DNA from: Antedon mediterranea
Taxonomy: Eukaryota; Animalia; Echinodermata
DNA: 64,000 nucleotides
Reading direction: 5' to 3'
Assembly (NCBI RefSeq): GCF_964355755.1
Contig: NC_092672.1
Span: 7,750,001 to 7,814,000, forward strand
Positions 55,895 to 64,000 of the stretch are shown here, piece by piece; the stretch's first letter is position 1, and every line of letters starts with the position of its first letter. A model generated the notes under the pieces. It was not told the DNA's origin, ran no database searches, and saw nothing but the letters and a program-made list of their open reading frames with translations. Both the position numbers and the translations under genes were made by a program.

Positions 55895-58800
55895 ATGTCG
55901 GTAAGTTAATAATATGCCGTAATTAATTATTTTTTATTTCTTATAATCTAGACTCATACATACTTTTAAAACAATGTATAGGCCTATAAAACTACTTAGA
56001 TAGGTCATGGAGCACTAAGCTAATTCCGCCAGGTGGAAGGCTCACTAATCTGTTTTTCACAGGCGGATCGGATGCAGACAGTAGTAAGTTAGAAACAAAA
56101 TAAAACAACCCTGAACTTGAACCTATAGACACACACATATCGCCCAGTTAGTTGTATTATAATAATCATAATAAGTATAACCTTTATTGAAAGAATAAAT
56201 AGAATCGTTTTAATAGTGTTTAAGCTTTAGGTAAACCTATAAATAATCAATTGAAATCATTTTTTTCAACACTTAAGATCACAGCATAATCATCTTATCA
56301 AAAAGTATTATGAAAATAGCAACACACGATAGTCTAATAAACAGTGATGTTCATCATCAATTCAATTCATTTAAATTATTGATGATCGATTAATAATTTC
56401 CTTTCAGGAAAGAAAATATGTTATGCTTAGTTATCAATGGGATCACCAAGTGTAAGTTCCATTTTTACGATAATACCTATCTATACCAAGCCTTCTAATC
56501 TAAGGGATTGTTAGGCCTACTATTTTATTTAATTTTAATATGTAAACGTAATTATTTTTGCCAGGTTAGTTGCAATATTGATTCATATTTTATGTTTTTT
56601 ACTTTTCTGAGTAAATTGCTTTTTACAATGAAAATAACACACTAGTTTAACACCCAACGACAATTATTTTATTACTTTAATCAAAACAGTAATTTGAAAT
56701 TGAATTGTCATCGATTTAGGCTTGTTTCCAACTCTAGTCCCTATCAAAACCTTATGATTGGTTTTGTTACACGTTAGTACTCATAAGTGGTGATATTAGT
56801 TCAAGTTCAATAATCAATTTGAGTAGTAGTATATGTTATTTTACAACAAATGATTGGTTTTGAAATTAAATTTGACGATTTTGATGTTTTTAAAATAATT
56901 ACCATAATATATTCAAAACATTCCGAATGATTGTCTCTTCATTAGAATCGTTAAAAATATAAGGTATCGTTTATGGCAAGAAGGGTACAGGGTGTGGATA
57001 GATATTGATGCGAAGGATGGAATGAAAAACTATATTTACAGTGACATGCCTAATGCTGTAAAAGACGCCAGAGTCGTGATAGGCTGTTTATCTAAAGCAT
57101 ACGAGAAAAGTGACAATTGTAAACGTGGTAAGCTATAGAATTTAAAATACACCTAGAAAAAAAAAACAAATAGTCCAGATATCATACGTTGACAACTAAA
57201 AGTGACCCGTCAACTAGTCTACTAGAAATGGAGCTGAAGAGTCATTCCAATCTTTTTTACCATATTATTACTATGATATAATTTATTCAACTTTAAAAAA
57301 AAACTATTAGGCCTAAATCTATCATTTTTATTTTATTTAGAGGGAAATTGCATCGGTGATTAAAAGAAAGAGTGTATTCCACTAATAGTGGAGAAGGGTT
57401 ATACACGAAACGATTGGGTTCAGGGAATATTTGCAGGACAATTGTACATTAATTTTTCAAATATAGAATGTTTTGAAGCCAAGTTTCAGGAATTGCTTGT
57501 AAGACTACAAAACTTATACCCAGATTTAGTAAGTTGACATCATTAGTGTTGTATATTGTATAGGCCCTATAGTTCAGGAGTTAAAATGTAAAGATAAAAT
57601 TTAAAATAAACTTAAGTCTTTTAATAATCTAACATAATTCATTATAGGCCTGAATAAGCGGATAAACCATTTTTCATTTGACAGAATCCACAGAAAAATA
57701 ACCCAATACCAGCTAAACTAACGCCCCCTGAATCGCTTTCATCTCTCGGAAATCCAGGTCAGTATTAATCATTATGAACGATCAGGTGGAACAATAGACT
57801 ACTACTAAAGCTTTGTATTTGCTTTAGATAGCAGCAGTACTACTGTGGGGCGATGAACTTTGTTTTCAACACCAGTAATTCTGTATTCTATTTACAAGAA
57901 GTCTCTATATTGTTGCCCTGGAAATCACAAATAATGACAAGGCCCAAGGAAGAGTGCATCTGGTTGAATCTCCCGTATGTGTACAATATACATACAAGAG
58001 TCTTAAAAGGGTAACATTTAATAAAATCGCGCGTAGAAGTAGTAAACGGAAAATAGGAAATTCGTGGTTATGGGAGGTGTCCGTATTATGAGAATATCTG
58101 CACAAACATTGAGATTCCACTGTCTTACCAAGGAGGTATAAAAAATACCTCCCTGGTCTTGCTGTCTATATACAACGTACCGTTGTGTACTACGATATAT
58201 CATCCAAATATCCTCTCTAAAATCATTGTGCACTATTTTGTTTTTTTTAAGAAACATTACAGTATTAAATATATATTTTAGATCCGCCAAGTACATCTTC
58301 AGATACCCCACCATCCCCACCGCCACAAGAAGCGGATAGGACAGACTATGCACGTCCGTTATCAGGTATATGCTTTAGCTAAAATTAATATTTCATTTTA
58401 ATAAATCTCAATAAATGCTTCTCCGAATTGGTTCGTATGACACAACACAATAAACTAATTGGAAGTAAGCAATTGTCCGAACTGTCGCCCGTCATTGGGC
58501 GGCAGCTTTAACTTGTAAATACAGTTATCAGATACTTCTAGTATCTATAGTATTTACTTATTTTATTATGTTATTGTTATTAACATTATCTAAAACTAGT
58601 AACCAGGCACTTTGTCTAATTATAGCAATATAATTATGTAACTTTGTTGTAGGCACAGACTTATCAGTCCCGGACTTTAATAATTTGTTAACGAGGGTAT
58701 CTAATTGGTGTGACAAGCAGGGCCGAGGAAAATATTTAAACAAGATGAAAATGGTGATTAGCGAGTTCAAAAGCAAGATTACACTTGTCGACATCCAGTC

Positions 58801-59209
58801 TATGACGAGAACCCATGGTCTGATTAGCTTACTTGTCACCTCCGGAATTATCAAACAAACAAACATACAAGTGCTCATCGAAGTTATGAAACTTTGTGGG
58901 ATGGGTGGTGTTGAAAGCGTGATTAAGCCAGAATGGAACTTACCAAAATTCGAAGAGGTTCCAATCACAACATTTTCGGATCACCGTAGAAAACTATTAC
59001 AATTCGGTAACACAGTCAGCGATGACAACATGAGAACCATTGGACAATTGTATGGCATTGAGGGAGAAACTGATCCGTATTCTTTAATCCTACAATTAGA
59101 AATGGAAGGATATATTACAGAAAGAGGCACGATGAATGAATTCATTGATAAACTGAAAGATTATAAGATGGTTAATGAAATTAATGCACTGACGAGTTTA
59201 AATGACTAA
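55895..59209 (+). pseudogene. TIR (TIR_2/SARM-like) - Pro-rich linker - tandem DED gene, about 384 codons, with one in-frame TAA (null allele, recent pseudogene or sequence error)
   Basis: Exons 55895-55900, 56063-56083, 56408-56451, 56946-57127, 57341-57528, 57685-57757, 58282-58365, 58653-59209, phase-consistent. TIR motifs YVMLSYQWDHQ, GYRVWIDID, AVKDARVVIGCLSKAYEKSDNCKRE, KKECIPLIVEKGY..DWV.GI..GQLYINFS. TAA at 57361-57363. Last exon is homologous to the tandem-DED exons at 51-53 kb. The first two micro-exons are less certain. Confidence 0.78.
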
Positions 59210-61126
59210 ATGACCATCTTATAGATTCGAATCGAATCATTCCGCGGTAGTTACACATAGATAGATTATTTTGAGTATCGATTTATACTTTATGAAGCGT
59301 AAATCTCAGAAATGAGGTCATGTACTATATTAACCAATATTTACTTTTGATTATACAGAAACGAAAATGTATGATTAAGTATAGGCCTAATAGACCCATA
59401 ATACTCTACAGTGTCACTCAAGACCGAATGTCCAAATGTTAGTATCCGAGAACAAAAATGAATTGAATTTTTTCGACATTTTTATAAAATACTTTACTTT
59501 TATTTATGGCCAAAGTTTCATTTTATACGGTATCACCAATTGTCAATTTAGTTAAACCATGTAAAATATATAATTTGGCAATTTTAGAGGGGAAAAGCGG
59601 CTATATTTATCTTAATAAGATTAATGTATTATGTTCAAATTTGTTTATACTGATATACATATCCATAATGTTATCAAAGTGTAGTTTCTCAATTGATTTT
59701 TTAATGTTTTAACCAAAGACTTGATAATTGTTAATAAAAGTATTCTAAAGGTATTTTGTAATGTGTGTCTTTTGTTGAATTGGTACAACCTGCGTGTCAA
59801 TATAATCAGACTGGCATTGTTACTGAGCTCTTACGATAATTTAATATGTTACCGGTATGTTTTTGGATGAAAATTGAATAGGTTTTATATTTCAGATATC
59901 CAAAATATATGTATCACGGTCATTGCTGTGTTGTTGCACTTGTGCTGGGCTACTTATAATTTATCTTTGTTTATATCATCTCATCAATAATTTTATTATG
60001 GTTTCATCCTTTTGTTTTTATTGTAAATAAATCAGTTGTGTGGTAATCTTTACCGGTTTGTATTGTTTCTTTGAGTTAACTGTAGGCCTAACTTTATTAT
60101 GCGTGAAAGCCTTGAGTGTACATGAGTGTGTTCTTCATCATTACTGTGGCCAATGATTGTGAGATTTTTGTATTTTTCCCTTCATCTATTTTCAATTTTA
60201 AGCTGATTTTACCAGGACATTTATAACTCATACATTCTTCCAGATAAACGTTTCCACTTGAATAGTCAATCAAGTTTATATAATGACGATAAGGATCGAT
60301 AGTTTAATATTTTTGCTTTGGTCTGTTGCTTCGTCATACGTACAACAATAGCATCAGGAAAAATTCTGCTCTAAATATAACTCGCGTTTCAACGATTTCT
60401 TTCAAATGCTTTGTTCAATTGGAAACGACTTCAAACAGTATATCAGCTGAGCGCATAGGATAATTACTTCTAGGTGTTTGGTAAGCATTCACTTCAATAT
60501 TCTTTTTTAAAATAAACATATATTTGTTATTCAAACAGAAAATAAAGGTTGTTTAGATCATGAAGAAAGCTAATATTGTAAAATTAAACCAATTATTTTA
60601 CCTTTTTACGTGCGGTTTAGAAAAAACGGTTATCACTAATCAGTTAGGGTTCACCTTGTATGGCCTACATGGCTTAACGTAATGCTTTATTACCTGATCA
60701 CGTTGCGTAAGCTAAATTGTCACAAACAAGGCTTATATCTAATCACATACACTGTCTATATTTTTTATTATATATTGTCTTTACTATATATTTCACACTT
60801 CAACGTTCCATATCATTTTATTCTAAATTAAAATTGATTTTAATTTAATTGTGTATCATAACCCGTAGGTGAAAATAAGGGCGTGGTTTATAACGACATT
60901 ATAATTATATGCTAAGAATTTATTTATTATGCTAAAATGATTTTCTCATCATTTGTAAATGTTTGGATTCAATCTGACATTATTTTAACTCATTTTTAAA
61001 TGAAAATTAGAAACATTTATTCCACAAAGATGTCAATCTATTTATATTGTACTAGTGCTTGTGGTATGTTTGTTCCTGTTGGACTTCCTTCATTCTATGA
61101 ATTAATGAGGAAATGTGTTATATATA

Positions 61127-61525
61127 GTACCGCGGCCTTACCACGTTGAAACACCGGTTCTCGTCAGATCACCGAAGTTAAGCAACGTTGGGCCTGATGG
61201 GAGACCATCTGGGAATACCGGGTGCTGTATATGGAGCTGGGGTCCCATTAAGCATTTGAAATCAGCACGTCTGGCTCTTATGGCAGCCCTGCATCTAGTA
61301 TATGCCTCAGACGTATTGGCTTATGCCTCTCCTCTAATTAAGGTGGGCACTGGACAAGAGAAGCCCTTGGTCAATTTTGGGACCAGCCAAAGGTGCTTTA
61401 CATGATTGTAAGACTAATTGACATGAGTCGGCCGTATTAATCTAGACCTTTTTATTCGTATTTAATATTTTGTTTATTTTTCTTATGTCTGTCTTATCTG
61501 AAATAAAAGTATCACATTACATTAC
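61127..61525 (+). mobile_element. 5S rRNA-derived SINE (SINE3-like) or 5S pseudogene with attached body
   Basis: 61127-61229 resembles metazoan 5S (ACCACGTTGAAACACCGGTTCTCGTCAGATCACCGAAGTTAAGCAACGTTGGGCC...GATGGGAGACC..CTGGGAATACCGGGTGCTGTA) but lacks the ~12-nt GGTTAGTACTTG segment and the oligo-T terminator. It is followed by a GC-richer body and AATAAA + CATTA repeats. Confidence 0.7.
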
Positions 61526-61778
61526 TGTAGGCCTACATTACAATTTTTAAAAAGATTAATATTTTATTCTTAGTTGGTAAAATGGTATGGTAAAAATACA
61601 TTTTGATATTTTCGTTAATGGTATATTATATAAAATTTCGTTCTTTCTAAGTAGGCCCTATATAGGTTCGTTATTAACCTATTTCATATATTTATTTTCT
61701 GACACTATTTCTACAATATTCCCGATTCATCCAATTGTATGTATAAATTTCTCAACAGGTATTGTTTCCTATTTACAG

Positions 61779-63404
61779 ATATGACAGACGACGAAAAGTC
61801 AGGTAGGCTACTTTATTATCAGATTTTTTTAAAATTCTAAATTAATAATAAATAGAATCAGTGATTTTACGAAATGTTGTTTTGAAGATTTACAAATAAA
61901 TACGTAGACGAGCTTTACCTTTAAAGCACCACTTTCACCCCCATAGACAAGTGCAATAAAAAGTATCATTAATACAAAAAAAAATTTAAAATAACCAAAA
62001 AAACAAGAGAATTGTATTTTATTTATGATTAAGATATAAAAGTCTTGGACTTTTTTAAATAAATAATAAAAAGTTAATTGAAAATTAAAATTAGTACTTA
62101 ATTTCATACGTGTTGAATCTGAGCAACTATTTTGTATACGCAGCTGCACCTGCAGAAGTAGTAGCATGTTATTCAATAATGTATTCCTAAAATCCATACT
62201 TGTTCAAAACAAAGAACAACTTTCAATAAGCTAGAACAAGAAAAAAGGTTGTGGATGCTAATTCATACTTAAACGGTTCTCTAAAATTTACCACACCATG
62301 TGTAAAGTGTGTAATATGTACATACAGTACTAATATATTTTAAATCCACAATTACAGATATTACATCATACAAGCCAGGTTTCTCAAAGCCAGGTAGGAT
62401 AATATTATCAAATACTTCTTAAATTATCAAATACTTCTTCATTCGAAGAAATAGATAATGAACCATTTGTAAACTATGACTATGCATTATTACTATGCAA
62501 ATACTAATAACTGTAATTATTACATTTACAGATATTATTACATTCAACAAGCCAGGTTCCTTAACTTTAGGTAGGCTATTATCATCAAATTCTTCTTAAA
62601 CTCTAATAAGAAAAACAATTATTTGAATTGCTCATTCGAAGAAATGCATATTTAACCATTTTGTTAAAGTCAAAGTAAAACTTTATTCATCACTCACTGT
62701 GCGAAACGATGTAGTTTATGATCCTATACATTATATTAAAATACAATAAAATTATAAACTATTTATAGACTATGCATTATGTACAATACTAGTATTTATT
62801 TTATTTTATTTTATGTCTTTAGGCAATGTGGCCAAGGATTACCAATAGTGAATTAATCACTGTCCTATCAGATAGGTGGTAATCCCCCTGATACAGGGGC
62901 TATTTTGTGAACCAGTTCACCGGGGTAACCCCTCCTCTTTTTCGAATAATGAACTAGGTTCTTTAAAGTGCACACAGGTTATAACTGCAGTGTAGAAGAC
63001 TTGTTCCACCACCAGAACTAGGAGCGAGTCGGCCTCGAACCCTTGCCGATGTTGTTGGCTCTTTAGGTACGGTAAACGGCGCCCCTGTCTTAACCGCTCG
63101 GCCATTTGACATTGATCTGTAATTATTAATCTACAGATATGACAGACGACAAGCCAGCTTTGTTAAAGTCAGGTAGGCTATTTTATCAATAGCTTTTAGA
63201 ATTATGAATTCCTCCCGTACTCAAAATGGACCTCGGGTACTAATCTTTCTCCATACTTCTGCATTATAATTCTTTTATAGTGGTTTGAGTGTCTAAAAGT
63301 ATATTAAAACAAATTAGAGTAATAAAACGTTTAATTTTCAGATCCATCATCTATGAGCCAACCCTCAACAGCCTCAACGGATGCAACAGACGTTGCAATG
63401 GCAG
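61779..63404 (+). CDS. 5' part of a gene made of short symmetric (phase 1-1) exons encoding a low-complexity N-terminus; continues beyond the window
   Basis: CAG|exon|GTAGG units at 61779-61802, 62358-62393, 62532-62570, 63137-63172, 63342-63404 (24, 36, 39, 36, 63 nt). Joined frame is open: MTDDEKSDITSYKPGFSKPDIITFNKPGSLTLDMTDDKPALLKSDPSSMSQPSTASTDATDVAMA. Confidence 0.65.
62793..63105 (-). mobile_element. tRNA-derived SINE with a Deu/Nin-like central domain
   Basis: Minus strand: A box TGGCCGAGCGGTTAAG, B box GGGTTCGAGGCC, core GCACTTTAAAGAACC..ATTATTCGAAAAAGAGGAGGGGTTACCCCGGTG and an (AAAAT)n tail. Confidence 0.75.
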
Positions 63405-63468
63405 GTAGGTCGCTTATTTAGTTTTCATTATTTTAATAAAGAACATGCACTGTTTACCGATTCCATGC

Positions 63469-63638
63469 AGTGCTGTATCTCCACATACTAATATTTCCGA
63501 GGTATTATAGGAATATTTGGTAACACAGCATCACATGTAAGATTAGGTTAAGGGTTAGGTTACTACTACATACAACATGTGAAACACATGATGTTGTATT
63601 ACCAAATATTTCTATTCTTTGGAAATAGATACAGTACC
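63469..63638. mobile_element. MITE, same family as 34084-34295
   Basis: AGTGCTGTATCTCCACATA...ATAGGAATATTTGGTAA...TTAGGTTAAGGGTTAGG...TATTACCAAATATT...AGATACAGTACC. Confidence 0.65.
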
Positions 63639-64000
63639 GAAAATCGGCTGGTTAAATGAAATCAATTTAAGCTATTATATGTGGATGATAATTCAGTACA
63701 TTACTGTTTACTTTTCACATTTTTTTTTGTAATCGCGAATCAGTGTTATATCGTCATTACTCGACAAATGTGAGATTTATGATACATACGCATGAATTAT
63801 TCATTGCTATAAATTATTATTCATGTTGAAGACAGAACTTTACTAACCAAACTCTTCCACTTTGTACTGTAGGCCTACAAGAAGTAATGAGAAATAAGAA
63901 TGTCTGAAATTTACGATCAAAACTATCGTGCCTAACTGCTATTAATTCAAAATATTGATGATGTATATTATATAATAACATTCCAATTATTATTTTGATA

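Noticed and set aside
57899-57974. Additional exon of the TIR-DED gene (AAG|...|GTATGT, 76 nt)
   Set aside because: Its length would shift the frame between the phase-1 exons on either side. It may be a decayed exon but cannot be supported without transcripts.
5050-59000. Many short ORFs antisense to real exons (e.g. 5050-5364, 9073-9357, 24263-24475, 50474-50722, 52608-52817, 58558-58968) and AT-rich intergenic ORFs
   Set aside because: Shadow frames of coding exons or chance ORFs with no motifs or splice structure.
61127-61229. Functional 5S rRNA gene
   Set aside because: Internal ~12-nt deletion, eroded terminal stem, no oligo-T terminator and not in a tandem array.

Overview
AT-rich, intron-containing animal genomic DNA. 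It is most likely an echinoderm, possibly a crinoid; this is inferred from an msp130-family gene and a family of tandem-DED exons. I built spliced gene models by hand from GT/AG sites and phase-consistent frames. They are: a TM/coiled-coil terminal exon (1.3-2.4 kb), TRIM36-like E3 ligase (8 coding exons, minus), an uncharacterised basic 414-aa ORF, a class A GPCR (3 exons), a GPI-anchored msp130-related biomineralisation gene (11 exons) and an Rv2258c-like SAM methyltransferase (4 exons). The most striking region is 51-64 kb, an apparent innate-immune/cell-death module. A four-DED-only gene lies head-to-head with a TIR-linker-tandem-DED gene that keeps the TIR alpha-C glutamate but has one in-frame TAA. 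The two are separated by kappaB/STAT-like sites and followed by a gene starting with duplicated symmetric micro-exons. Repeats include a 3-kb 49-bp minisatellite starting at the truncated end of a LINE, several MITE families (one self-nested), tRNA-, Deu/Nin- and 5S-derived SINEs, and a strongly over-represented TAGGCCTA motif that looks like a transposon footprint. All family assignments are by motif recognition; no database searches were run.
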